Part shown: piece by piece, positions 49,324-62,529 of the stretch | Numbering within the stretch: position 1 is the first letter of the stretch | Layout of the letters: each line of letters begins with the position of its first letter | From: Vicugna vicugna | Taxonomy: Eukaryota | NCBI GenBank assembly: GCA_013265495.1 | Contig: MU057632.1 | Location: forward strand, 1,100,054-1,164,053 | Length of the DNA: 64,000 bases | Reading direction: 5' to 3' | Made by a program: the position numbers and the translations under genes | Notes under the pieces: generated by a model | Seen by the model: the letters and a program-made list of their open reading frames with translations, nothing else | Databases searched by the model: none | Told to the model about the DNA's origin: nothing

Positions 49324-49570
49324 AGACAAGGATCCCATTTCAAGATAAAGCTGAGTCATTATAGAATTATAGAATCATTGTATTATGAAATCCCTGGTCT
49401 CATTAAGTCATGAGGAATTCTAACATCCAGGACAACATCATCTTCTCCATTTTCTTCAAGACTTAAGTTCTTACCTATTTTTCTCAATTCACCAGATTAT
49501 CTTTCTATAGACTCTCTACTTGAGATACCTTGAATGTAGAACTCCCTTTTTGGGAAACTGAAGCTATACT

Positions 49571-51070
49571 ATAGTGGATATTGTCAAGTTTCACCGAGAT
49601 CCCCCTTCAGAAGTGAAGTACCTGTTACCCCTCATGCCGGGAGTTTGGCTACTCACAGACCACAGTTGTGTCCTTTGACTAAGAAAACCACCTCACCTTA
49701 TGGCCCCTTCCTAGAGGAAGCCCTCATCCAATGCCTGCAAGAGCACACAGATCCAATCTGCTTCTTTGGCTTAAAAAGGGGGGACACCTTAACTTTAGAG
49801 ATCCCTGTGCAGCTGGGGGCATTCTTTCTCAACTGTCTGGCAGTTCAGATTTCCCCCTGCCCAAGCCATTCTTCTGTGCTCCCTCACAGGTGTTCTCAAA
49901 AGTACACCACAATAAACCTCTTGCACGCTAATCATAGAGTTTTTGAAGCTGTTTCCCTGGGAACCTGAACCACAACAGTTGCTATCAGGAGTGGTCCAAG
50001 AAAGCAGACTTAAAAATGGGATATGGTGCTGAGTCACTGCAGGCCAGCTGGCAATAAAGAGCCCGTCAGTGGTGAGTAGAATGCATATAGTCCCTGTCAC
50101 TCAGCAACAATGCAATTGTTAACAATTTTTTTTTTACTGGGAGTGAGCTAGACTAAGACTCCAATGGACAGGATCACTCTGATGACTGTAATGTCCCTGG
50201 CATTAGAGAGATGTGACAGAAGTATAATCATAAAGATGATGGAATTGGACAGCTGCTGCTGGGTGAGACTGATTCACTGGATAAAGACATTGAATGACTG
50301 AGGGTGATTAATCAGCAATTAACGTTTAGATGTAAAAGTCAAACAGCTTCCTTGGCAGCATATATGAAGCCTCATCCACTGTAGCTAGAGAATGGACAAA
50401 AAGATGATGTTCAGACCCAGGGCTCAATTATGAGAAATCCATGAGTGATTGAGAGTTCTCAACTCTGACAAGCCTACTGCATTGAAATCAGAGCCTGAAT
50501 AGAAAAAAAACTTGGATCTCTGAGCCAGATAGGCATCTGGGTCTATGCACTTAGAAAGACTGGGCCAGAGGACCCTGAACTCTCTGGGTCAGCCCAAGTG
50601 GCCCACCCCTTTGTGTCAAATGCTTGGGCTAGCCCTTACTTGAAGATGGACGTAGTATCTCCTGTAAGATGTTACTTCGCCTCACTTCTTGGCCACCAGG
50701 CCAATAACAACTAGGTTTAAGTCACACTGTGACCCAGCTGGGGCCATACTGAGCCTGCTAAGAGAGAACAGGAAACTGGACTCTGAAGGTGCTACAGGAC
50801 CTGGCCGACATGCACGGGAGGAGCTGAGGAAGTACACAGGGGACTGGATCCTGACTGTGCTTGATCAAGCAGGGCTGGAAATAAAAAGTTGGATAACAGA
50901 GAGTGTTCTGACATGGCTATGGAAACGCTTTCTCATGGTACAGGACAAAACACCCTTGCAAGAATTTTGGGAGGCAGTGATGACATATTCCTGGGATGGC
51001 TCCTTGAATCATGGAGAAACACTAAGATTCCTGGAAGAGTTGTTCCCAAATGGATAAACACACTATATGA
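49571..51070 (+). mobile_element. ERVL-class provirus remnant: LTR16-like 5' LTR (to 49977), PBS-like site and decayed gag
   Basis: LTR with AATAAA ending ...gggaacctgaaccacaaca, then gttgctatcaggagtggt (Leu-type PBS-like). ORF 50689-51057 contains GDWILTVLDQAGLEIK, similar to the ERVL gag motif WxWILRVxDxGGxNIKL. Confidence 0.75.
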
Positions 51071-51932
51071 AGCAAGTGGATTCAAGCAACCAAAGAAGTG
51101 GACTACTGTGGATTCTGGGGTGGACGGCCTACATCTCACTTTTGGACGGAGGTGCACATTTTCCATTAGTTTCTAAAATAAGAATGAACACTTGGATATC
51201 AGAACCTATCACTGATATTTTTTAGGATAAATATATCACATGAGTTGAAGTTTAGGTAAATTAGAAAAGTACATTTTGGAGAATATTTACTTGTATCAAG
51301 CAAAATTCTCAACAACTGTTTGCCTAGACTACAGAAGCCTACATGTTATTTTCTTGATAATGTTTTCAGACTCAGCACCTGAAAAATATAGTCGAATTTA
51401 CTTAAATATCAGTATTTCCAAGACAGGAGCTGACATGGCTGTTTTTCTTTCAAATATTTATAATAATAGAATACTTTTTTCTCATACTAGGAAATAAATC
51501 TCCCCCATCATGATCCAAATATTTTCTAGGAACTATAAAGAAACTCATATTTTAATGCCAAAAAGAGTAGAGGAGATTTTTACCCTTTCTGCTTTGATCA
51601 TTCTCACATAGGGCTTAATCAAAGTAGAATCATGTGTTGAACACCAAATGCTGATAAATGTGATCATTTGGCCAAAGTCAAGTTGACATGATGCACTGAA
51701 ACTGAAAACAGTACCTCATCCTGGTGCCATGTTCTTGAGGAGAAGCTGGAGTACTTTGCCAAGGTGCTGCTAACTGCCACCCTTTTACTGGTCATAGTAA
51801 TCAACAACACTTTCCTTGGTGTAGTAACCTGTAGTCCCTGGCTTGATTGGATCAGCATGTACAGCAAGCCCGTGGTGATCACTGGGCAGATAATTCATGG
51901 CGGTAGTGAATGAAAGATTAAAAACTATACTG

Positions 51933-53465
51933 GGACATCCAGTTTCAGCTTTGCCACGTGAGGAACTTGGAAATTGTCACTTTTAACCTCACAACAAGAA
52001 AGAAAAAAAAAACAGAGCAAACTGAAAGGTAACAACTTTCTTAGATCCATCAGAGAATTGAGGTCACAGAGCAAACTGTCACACTGAAATTAGGAGACAG
52101 GAGAATATAGAGACTCACAGCTGAGAATGCAGCTTACTGGGATCACAACTAGTAACTGGAAGGAACACTGAAATGGCAATTCTGACAAATTACTGGAGAC
52201 TGACTGTAGAGTAGTTGAGAATGAGAAACTCCTGGAGCTGCAGTCTTAAGGGAATCCCCCAGGGTTCACCAATTTTACCTGAAGGAACCCCACCAGGTTC
52301 TCACGAAAACCAAGAAAAAGTCCTCTCATGCTCTAGAAGAGGGAGGGAGAAATAACCATTTGGAAATATACACTGGGTGTTCTCCAGTACAAAGGGCTAC
52401 CCTCCAGGGTAAAGAAGCACCTAGGGAGAAGCCTATTTATCCAGTCTTAGAAAATGTTACCCTTGCTGTCTCTCCGGGGAGGAGAGAAGTTAAGAAACAC
52501 TTGTGAGGGCCACTGCCTAGGGAAACAGGCTCAGTAAAAGCCTGAGATTTAATGGTGATACTATAGAAAACACCCCCCGCCTCCACAATTTATCAACAAA
52601 TTAACAGAGTTTCTGTATAATAAGAGTGGATAGCTGATGCAAGAGCTTCAAGAAAATACCTTATTTAAGGAGAAGTTTCTAGGGAGGCCCAGAGACAAAA
52701 GAGGAGACTAAAACAAGGACCCTAGAAGATTTGAAACCTCCGACAGCTCCAGCCGCAGAAGACATTAAACACAGCCTAACACTTAGTCTGATTAACACAA
52801 AATCTCAAACGAGAGGTCTTTTACTTTGGTCCCTGTTACCAATACGTGCTGTCTGCCTTTAACAAAAAGTTGCAAATCACACTAAAAGGCAAGAAAGGAA
52901 GAGAATCAAAGCAACAAAGAACAAATGCAACTGGTAGAAAACAGATACAAATACGGTAGGTATTACTCTAGCTGTGCCAATGAGCTTTTCAAATGTGAAT
53001 GATCTCAATATGCCAGATAAGGACAGAAGAGCCTCAGAGTGAATAAAAACAACTCTCGACTATGTTGTCTATAAGAAATTCACTTGAAGTCGGGAGTCAC
53101 GTAGGTTACAGTAAAATAAATGAAAAAGACATGCAATGCTGACACTAATCAAAGAAATCTGTAGAAGTCATAGTAACTTCAGACAAAGGGAACTTCAGAG
53201 CAGGGAAATTTATCAGGGATAAAGAGGAACATTACAAAATAATAAAGGGGTAAGTTCTCCAAGACTGCATGAATCTAACATCAGAACGTCAAATTACAAC
53301 ACAGGAAACAGAACTTCAAGGAGAAATAGACCATCTGCTGATATAGCTGGAGAATTAAATACCCGTCTTTCCATAATTGATAGATCTAAGAGGCAGAAAA
53401 TTAGTAAGGATACAGTTGAATTGAACAGCTCTATCAATCACCTTGATCAAACTGGCATTAAAGAC
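51933..53465 (+). mobile_element. Old L1M 5' region and start of ORF2, decayed
   Basis: L1M-like 5' sequence then endonuclease-region relic (cagacaaagggaacttcagagcagggaaatttatcagggataaagaggaacattac...gaacttcaaggagaaatagac). Confidence 0.75.
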
Positions 53466-53469
53466 CACA

Positions 53470-54285
53470 CCCCCTTCAATTGTTTGAATAGGTGTAGAAG
53501 GGTAGGTATTAGCACTTTGCATATGTTGGTAGAATTCCCCTGAGAAGCTGTCCAGTTTGGGACTTAAACTTCAGAGCTCTTGCATAAAGATGTAAACCAT
53601 CAACAAAACAAAAAGACAGTCTATGGACTAAGAGAAAATATTTGCAAATGATATGACTGAAAAGGGGTTCATATCTAAAATACATAAACAGCACATCCAA
53701 CTCAATATCAAAAAAGCTAACAACACAATCAAGAAATGAGCAGAAGACCCAAACAGACATTTTTCCAAAGAAGACATACAAATGGCCAACAGGCACATGA
53801 AAGGGTGCTCAACATCACTATTAGAGAAATACAAATCAGAACTACAGTGAGGTATCAGCTCAGACCTAGCAGAATGGCTATCATCAGAAAGTCTACAAAT
53901 AAATGTTGGTGGAGTGTAGATAAAATGGAACCCTCTCGCACTGTCGGTAGGAATGTAAACTGGTGCAGCCACTATGGAAAATGGTATAGAAGTTCTTCAA
54001 AAAACTAAAAATTGAACTGCCATCTGATCCAGCAATTTCACTCCTGGGTATATATATGGAAAATTGAAAACACTAATTTGAAAAGCTACATGCACCCCAA
54101 TGTTCATAACAGCACTATTTATAATAGCCAAGATGTGGAAGCACCCAAATGTCCATCAACAGATGAATGGAAAAGAAAATGGGATATACATATACACAAA
54201 GAGAGAGAGAGAGAGATATAGGTACACATCATGGAATATTACCCAGTCATTAAAAGGAATGAAATTCTGTCATTTGCAACAATGT
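53470..54285 (+). mobile_element. Younger L1 ORF2 C-terminal fragment with an inverted 5' piece (53470-53565)
   Basis: Sense part encodes L1 ORF2p C-terminal relics ([32 protein letters not shown]). 53470-53565 is antisense ORF2 (ttggtagaattcccctgagaagctgtc). Confidence 0.85.
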
Positions 54286-56749
54286 AGAAAATACAGTGCT
54301 CTGGTTAGAGCACTTATACATGATGTGTGCAAGTGTTACATGAATTTTGGAATATAACTTGGCTTATCTGCTGTAGTTGAAGATGAACATACCCTACAAT
54401 CCTAGGTATCTATAACACAGAAACTACTGAGTCTGCACCTGGAGGTGCAGAAATATTCTTAGAAGTACTCTCTGTAATAAAAAGGTATTAAATTTTTAAA
54501 AGGTATAAACAACATGAATGGCTTTGAAATTAAAATGGGCCAATTGTAGTATATTCATACAATCAAGAACTATAGAGTAACTAAGACTAATGAATTACAG
54601 CTATATGCAATAATGCTGAGAAAGTAATACTGAAGTAAAAGAACAACTCAGAGAATAATAAATATTGTGCAAAATTAAGCAAACCTGCAAAACTAAACAG
54701 TGTATTATTGTGGATAAATAGTTAGCAAATGAAACATGAATGACTAGCAGAAATCTTATGCTGTCAGGGGGCAGGACGTTAAGAAATATGACACAGAGAA
54801 AGGAAATGTCAAGAGTTAAGAGAAGAAGTCAAAAATAAAGCCAAAATCACCTTCAGTGGTGGTGGACTTGGAAAACCAAGGAAAAGATGGACAGCAAAGG
54901 AAATGACATGAGTTCAAGACCTGTCATATTCTGTGTCTATTTTCACATTTATGTTTCATATCATTATTTTCTAAAATAAACCCTCCCCTACATGGAACCT
55001 AATCTAGTTAGTGTCCCCCAGTTGGAACACGTGGCGCCTTCTCCAGTTTTGCCTGTGTTCATGTAGCAACTTTCTTCCCGAATGCCTTCTGTCCCTCCCC
55101 TTCATCCACACCATGCGTCTTCTTCAAGGCAGAGCTGAAGTTTCACCTCCCACAGGAAGGTTTCCTGGGTCGTTCTCTGTTCTAAAGTGCTATAGACTTC
55201 TAGTCCATAAGACTATTTAGCACTTAATTATTTGCAGAGATGTAACCAATTACCTAGGAGACAGACTTCCATTTTAAATATTCAGAATGAAACAAGGAAT
55301 TTGGAAGCAAATAAGAAAAGACAGATGACTTGGAGAGAAAATAGCTGTCTTAAGAGCCATGTATACATGAGTTGTGTCACTTGAGCAGGTGTAACAGGGA
55401 CTCTAAGTGTACTGAGAAGCCTTCTGGTCTCCCCAGAAGACACATATGGTTCACGAACTCTATTCTCTAAAGTCCAAAATAATGTCAACCAAAATTCTGC
55501 TTTGTTTCACTGTCTGACAACCAAACTACGTAGACTACTGAAAACCAACATCAAATTAACATACTCCTCTGAAAAGCTTCCAATATCAAGAAGTCACTCA
55601 GGAGATCAACAACGCCACCATTATTGCAAAGGGAAAGACTTAGAGGAGAGGCTGTGTTAACTATATTTAATTTGAGGTTAAGTAACTTTGAATGGAAGGA
55701 ATTTGGCTGAACTGCCTCTTGGACGAGAGGGGTTGGAAAAACAGTGATTCCTAAAGGAAAGGGGATATCTATGCAATATCATGGAATTAGAGGCACAGAA
55801 CTTCAGGACTCTAATATGTCCAGCTCTGGGAGTTTGAGGTGCAACTCTAAATTATTCAGATTCAAAGTTTAGAGATTGTATATTGCTCTGAGACAAAGTC
55901 ATCCCTAACTGAAGTATCCAAACCTCCATAATTCAGAGATCCCATGGGCTTATTTAATGATTTTTTTAGTTTTGGAAAAACTGTCCCAGGCCCTGATGGA
56001 ATAGAAAACATCTGATGAGTCAATGGCTGTAAGTGAGTCAGCAAGGCGAGTTGCAGACCCCTGGACTGAGATTCCACTATTCAGAAGTTGCCAGCAATGG
56101 TAGAGCTGGCCAGCTTCTGGGGGAGCAGGTGTTGAGAATGAAATAGGATGGGGCAGAGCGGAACTTCTTGGCTTGGTCTCTGCAGCTCACACACCTTGTC
56201 TGTGGTGCCGTGGGTCTTACAAGAACACGTAAAGGGGCCAGATTTAGCCTGCAAGTCATACTTTGCTGACCACTAACCTAAATCATTAACTTCTAAGACA
56301 ATTAATTAAACGCAGTAATCTGAAATTTTACTTGTATGACCTGCCCATTGCCCATCATATTGCATCAGTGAGGTGTTACTATGCTTTCTTACATTTCTAC
56401 TTGCTTCCATCTTGCTGGGACCTTTATTGTATTTGCTGATGGAAGTATTTCTTAGAAACAAAACCCTCTAAACCAAGAGAGACCAAAAATGCAAAAACAG
56501 GAGTCAAAACTTCTATAAGTAGTTTGTTAGGAGTAATAATACTTCAATTTTTGATTTCTGGATGTATTTAATCTGGCTACTGAGGAGCAACACCTTATGC
56601 TTGTTATTGGATCAAGGAAAATACCATATTCTATTTTTAATAATTCAAAATAATTTTATTTTATTTCTTTTACAAAGAGCAAGTACAGGAGCTGTTTGAA
56701 ATCATGTATTCAATCAAAATGAAGTGTGACTTGTACTGACTGCTGAACA

Positions 56750-57330
56750 ACTCTGCAGTGTGTGATTTCCTAGCTGGAAGTATGACTAATCTTCCTTGGG
56801 TCATTCCATCATCCCACTGGACCACAGTATCTGAGAAGTACAATGAGGAGAAAGACTGCTGAAATTAAGGGTATTAGTCAGTCATTACACTCCTCTTACA
56901 GTGAAACGAGTCCCTTGAGTGGATTATTAATGTGGTGTATGAAAAAAGTGCATGGGACATTTTGAAAGTTCATGAATGGTGGTGCTAACAGAGGAATAGG
57001 ATAGTCAGGAAAGACAAGTCTGTATCTGGACCATAAGTCAATGGCTGTGAGAGCAAATCTCTTCCTCATCTATACAGAGCCAACATAATCTACAAATCAC
57101 AGTAGGGAGATCAGGAGACAGTTGGCCCCCAAGGGTGTGGTAACTGTAGACTCAGCACTGGCTTCTGATGTAGGCAGGTTGGATGCTTAGCAGTGGTGGT
57201 GGCTACATCACATTTGGTGGGCGGAAAGGAGTCCCTGTTGTTAAGTCCATGCACAGCCTCTGTCACTGTCTCAAGGGCCACTTTGTTCAGGGTCCATTTA
57301 GCAAGCAGCAGTCGGTTGAGTAAAGAGAAA
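56750..57330 (-). mobile_element. ERVL-type internal (pol/integrase) relic
   Basis: ORF 57111-57458 contains TKCDVATTTAKHPTCLHQKPVLS, resembling the ERVL integrase zinc-finger region TKADLATATAECPTCQQQRPTLS. Confidence 0.7.
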
Positions 57331-57439
57331 GACTGGCATTCACAAAATAGCTCATTAATCTTGTTATAAAGAGCCTCACCCAACTGAATAGTAGTTAATA
57401 TTTTATGTCCCAGACAGTATGGTGGTTTCATACATAAAG

Positions 57440-58920
57440 CAAATTCTTCTAGAAACACATAAAAAACTAAAAATCTACAAACAAAATTATGGTGTTAGAT
57501 CTTGACACATCTTTTTCAAAACTTAAAAATTAGACAAAAAAGATATAAGGATTTGGAGATTCAGTAAATATGTTTTTATTAACATGAATACACATACATG
57601 TGTTTATGTGTATATATCTGTATATGTGTATGTATATGTACACGTGTATATATGTATGTGTGTCTACCTATGCTCAAAGTATTTTTATTATATCCATGAA
57701 GCAGCTTCCCAATTTGATCAAGTATGAGTCAATCATATGAAATAGTCACTTTTATAGATCAAAAATAATCAAATCTTAGAATTTCATATGGTTCAATTTA
57801 ATAATTAATAATTTTTTAAAAGCACAGACTTTATAGATAGCAATCTATAAGAGAAAAAAACAATAAAAAAGGATCTCCCCCTGCAAAAAAAGTTAGCATC
57901 TAAGAAACTAATAATCAAGACTAATATTACAGGATACACAGGATAGTTACAATTTTTAAAGGACGACATAACATAAAACCTATGGCATCCATACAAACCA
58001 AGCTCAAAGGAAAATTTAAATCCTTAAAGGTCTGTAACAGAAAGCTCTACAACAAATGTACTGTGATCAAATTAAGAGACTAGAAAAAGAAGAAAGATGA
58101 TTTAAAGGAAAGTAGAAGAAAAGTATTATTCAAGATGAAATCTTAAATAAATGAAGTTAAGAAAAGAACCAAAAGGGTAGTAAGGAAAAATAAAAGCAAA
58201 AGCCATCACATGTATGTAGAAATACAATTCATTTTGGTATAATGACCTTGAGTTCCATAACCTGGTAGAGTGACTTTTTAGCTATAATAACTTTTTGTGA
58301 GTTCTTAGAATTTTATATGTACTTCTATCTGCCTCATCTATGTGGCCTTTCTTCATTTTTCAGTCTTGTACTATCTAAGACCTCTCGCCCAATGCTGAAT
58401 TCAAAACATGAAACTATTCAATCTATTACCATTTCATATTATGTGGGCTGTAGGTTTTTTACTGGATTTCTATAAACAACTTTTTGAGTAAGTTCTCTTC
58501 ATTAGCAATTTGCTAAGAAATTTGATCATGAGTTGAAATTAAACTTTTGCCAAATGCCTTCTCTGGATCTGTTGACATATGTTTTATTTTTCTTTTTAGT
58601 CTATTGATTGGGTGAATTATCTTGGTTGATTTTAGACTATTGAGCTCATTTCATATTTGAAGGATAAATACCACTTGGTCTTGATATATTATTGCTTTAG
58701 TATATTATTAGATTCAATATGCTGACATGTTGAGGATGTTTTCATCTGTGTTGATGAGAGAAATACTCTGTTGCTTTCTTTTGTGTGAGATATCTGTCTT
58801 GTTTTTGTACCAGGGTAATATTGGCCTCAAAATATGTGTTGGACGTGTTTTATTTCTTTACTTTCTGGAAGAGTTTCTGTAGAATTAGTATGATCTCTTC
58901 CTTATATTTTTGGTAGAATT
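57440..58920. mobile_element. Decayed L1 ORF2 pieces: plus strand to about 58200, minus strand about 58230-58920
   Basis: A-rich ORF2-like sequence switches to T-rich antisense ORF2 (ccaaatgccttctctggatctgttga...ttggtagaatt). Confidence 0.7.
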
Positions 58921-59348
58921 TGACTTTTTTCAAAAAACCAGCAGACCAAGAAGATGGGGGCTACTGTCCTGGAGAACTGTCAGAATTCAGGCTCCTTTTA
59001 TACTAAAAAAGGGAAAGGGTATAGTTGGTTGCTGAGAACTTCTTGGTGCAGAAATCCTTTGTTTTTGCAGCTGTCCATGTACGTCATGTCACCGTGTTCC
59101 TGTAAACCTCCAACAAGACAAATGGTATTCTCTGTTCTGCAACTTCTTATCTCTATATGATTTGAAAAGTGTTGTATCCTTTTAGGTCAGAACCCTGAGA
59201 ATGAGCTATCTGGTATATTTCAGGCTCTAGGCAACATTCTTCTACAAAAGGTGCAGAACCAGCAGGACTAAACACCAGAAATAGGTCATAGGGTTAGAGC
59301 TAAAGGAGCACATCTAATATGGAGTCAGATTTGTTGGTCCTTGTTACA
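58921..59348 (-). mobile_element. ERV LTR of the same family as 13968-14481, 3'-truncated
   Basis: Reverse complement starts TGTAACAAGGACCAACAAATCTGACTCCATATTAGATGTGCTCCTTTAGCTCTAACCC, collinear with 13968 onward. Confidence 0.85.
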
Positions 59349-60311
59349 AGAGCCATGTTTTCTTCAGCTTTTCTCTGTCCTAAGTGGAAGCAAAATTCCG
59401 GATGCTTCTTCAAGTAGAAAACCTTGGAGACAGGATATCTTTAGCTGAATCATGAATAACTTATTAGGGACAGGCTGCTTCATCCTTAAGCCCATCCTTA
59501 CACATCTGAGGATGTCTAAGGCCTGCCTTGTTCTAGGATGTCATGGGAAGGCTATTGTTTCAGTGTGTACTTCCATGGCAAGAATCAGATTTAGGTGAGA
59601 CTCCAAAGGTACATGATGGTGAGGAAATGAGATAGTCAGGCATTTAGAAGTCCATTACTATATTTTATCTCCCCTGGAGCGTCTGAACTAAAACACCTAA
59701 AACAGAGACTATCTACTGGGAATCTTTTACCCAGAACAGAAGGCCCAGTTCAGCTTCTTGGTATATGTCCTCAATTCAGCCGTATGTTTGTTGGACAAAC
59801 ATTTGTTTAGTGCCTGCTCTGTGCTAGGTTCTATTCTGTGCCCTGAAGACAGTGTAATGAATAAGAGAAAGACCTTTCCCTCCCTATGCTCACATTCTTA
59901 GGGACAAAACAGATGTTATACAAAAAAATTAATTTGCTATATAATATAATTGCAAGTTTCAATAAGAAAAAAGATGCAGTACAAGGAGATGAAGAATAAG
60001 AGTGGCTTCTGTATAAGTAAGGTGATCAGAACTAAGTTCACATGTTGATACATGGCTGGGCCTTTACCACCCGAGGAGCTGAGTTTTGGGTGTTCAGACC
60101 ATAGTAAATAAGGGGCTGTTAGACTGATGGTCATCAGTGAGTTTAGAATCAAGTGGAGGATTCATGTGGTAACTTAATCTAGCAAAGTGATGTGCTTTTG
60201 AGGAAAAGAGGGTGGATAAAGGGTTGGAAGTGTAGGTATTTGTGAAGGTGAGTTGTAAGAGTGCAATATTTTGTGTATGTGTGTTTGTTGCCTACTTTTA
60301 ATAGCATGTTT

Positions 60312-60805
60312 CTTTTTCTCTAATTGAAGAATGTTTTGGTTTACAATATTGTGTTAGTTTCTTTTATACAACACAGTGATTCAGTTATACATATATATAT
60401 ATCCTTTTTTATTATAGGTTATTAAAAGGTATTGAATATAGTTTCCTGTTTATTCAGTAGGACTTTGTTGTTTATCTCTTTTATATATAGTAGCTTGTAT
60501 CTGCTAATCCAAAACTCCTAATTTATCTCTCCCCTTCTCCTTTTCCCTTTGGTAACCATAAGTTTGTTTTCTACATCTGTGAGTCTCTGTTTTGTAAATA
60601 AGTTCATTGGTCTCATTTTTTTAGATTGCACATGTAAGTAATATCATGTGAGATTTGTCTTTCTCTGTCTGGCTTATTTCACTTAATATGATAATCTCTA
60701 GGTGCATTTATGTTGCTGCAAATTACATCACTCCTTTTTATGGCTGAGTAGTATTCCATTGTGTGTGTATGTCTGTGTGTATGTCTTTATCCAATCATCT
60801 GTGTA
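60312..60805 (-). mobile_element. Lineage-specific L1 3' end
   Basis: Same 3' UTR as 15768-16466 and 21268-21832. Confidence 0.9.
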
Positions 60806-61569
60806 ATATCGATATTGTTTAGGTCTGTTTGACAATTGTTTGAAAAGCTGCTCCTAAGTGATATATATTAATACCTAGAGAAAATTAGGGGAAAAAAAGA
60901 GTTAAAATTTTGCAGAAACCTAAATCCTGAAAATCTTTTTAAAGTATAATTCATTTCTTTCAAATGCATACATCAGATTGGACTAAGCTGACCTACTTTA
61001 TTCAACAAGAATTGTTTATAATTAGAACATCAACATTTTTATAATTGAGTGCCTATAGATGTTCTTAAAATTCACCCTGTCATTGACATAGATTCCCCTG
61101 AATGTTGCTTATACATAATATTAATAATTTCTTTAGCAGAGCCTATCTCAAAAACTGTGGATTTAAAACCCTACATCTTGGTCTTAAAGGTCAGAAATCT
61201 TTATGAGACTATATGGATCAGGTTTAGTCCAAATCTGTGAAGTTATCTTGTTTCTATTTGATTCTATTTTCCTTCAGCCAGTCTGTCAGGAGCCAGATCA
61301 GGAACTTCAAATGCTCACAGTAGTCCAGAAACAGAAAGTCTGATGTTTCAGGAGTAAAGCATGCCAACAGTTTGAGCTAAAGACTCACCAGGAGTGATGT
61401 TTTCATACTGTGGGCTTCAGAGAGAGTCTCACAGTCCCCATAAATGAAGCAGAGACTTATCTTCTAGATGTTCACCTTATCAAAGTCCAATTTTTAATAA
61501 AATTACACAAGAACTTTCTTTATGGCAACTGTTTTATATTTGACACAGCATATAAAGGAATAAAAGCAC

Positions 61570-62325
61570 TTTTATTTTTAATTTTTTAGGGTGTACCATG
61601 TTATTTTTAACATATGTATACATTGTGAAAGTATTATCACAATCAAGTTAATTATCATATCCATTAGGTCTCATAGTTACCATTTGTGTGTGTGCTGGGA
61701 ACATTTCAGATCTAATCTTTCAGCAAATCCAAAGTATACAATTCAGTATTATTAACTATGGTCAACATACTGTACATCAGGTCTCCAGAATTATTCACCC
61801 TGCACAACTGAGACTCTGTACCCTTTGACCAACTTTGCCCATTTCCCCCACCTGCCAACCCTGGAAACTACAATTCTACTCTCTACTTCCATGATTTCAA
61901 CTGTATTAGATTCCACATGTAAGTGAGGCCATATAGTATTTGTCTTTCTGTGTCTGGCTTATTTCACTGAGCATAATTCCTCCAGGGTTATCCATGTTGT
62001 CAAAAGTGGCAAGTGCCTTTCTTTTGGGGGCTGAATAATATTCCTCTGTGTATGTATAATCATTTTCTTATGCATTCGTTGATGGACATTTAGGTTGTTT
62101 CTGTATCTTGGCTGCTATGAATGTGGTTATCTCTTTGAGAGAATGATTTTCATTCCTTCAGATATGTACCTGGAAGTGTAATTACTGGATCATATGTTAG
62201 TTCTATTTTTTATTTTTTGAGAACCATCTCTCTTGTTTCCTGTAATGGCTGCTCTAATTTACATTCCCACTAAGAGTGCACAAGGATTTCCTTATCTGCA
62301 CACCTTCACTAACACTTGTTATCTT
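61570..62325 (-). mobile_element. L1MA/MB-like 3' end
   Basis: catatgtatacattgtgaaagtattatcacaatcaag...aatttacattcccactaagagtgcacaagg. Confidence 0.85.
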
Positions 62326-62529
62326 GTGAAAACGTCAAGACTTCTACCACTTAAGTTTTGAGATCACTCTGGGAAACGGAGAAGGTAGTTTTCTAAGGAT
62401 CAGAGAGGGAAGAGGCAGATGACTAGAGGCCAAGAAGGAACACTGAGAGTTACAGGCAGATTGGGAATAATTTTAGATTATATCAGCTGATTTTATTAAA
62501 AACAAAAAACGAAAAGAAACAATGTGCCT

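Noticed and set aside
51720..51910. Peptide resemblance to cystathionine gamma-lyase (NTF...ISMYS) or eIF4A (EE.KL...NT...DW...HG)
   Set aside because: Spacing differs and I see no nucleotide-level similarity to the recalled mRNAs, so no gene name is assigned.
53509..54357. ORFs of 69-114 aa as host genes
   Set aside because: They are frameshifted L1 ORF2 relics or their antisense frames.
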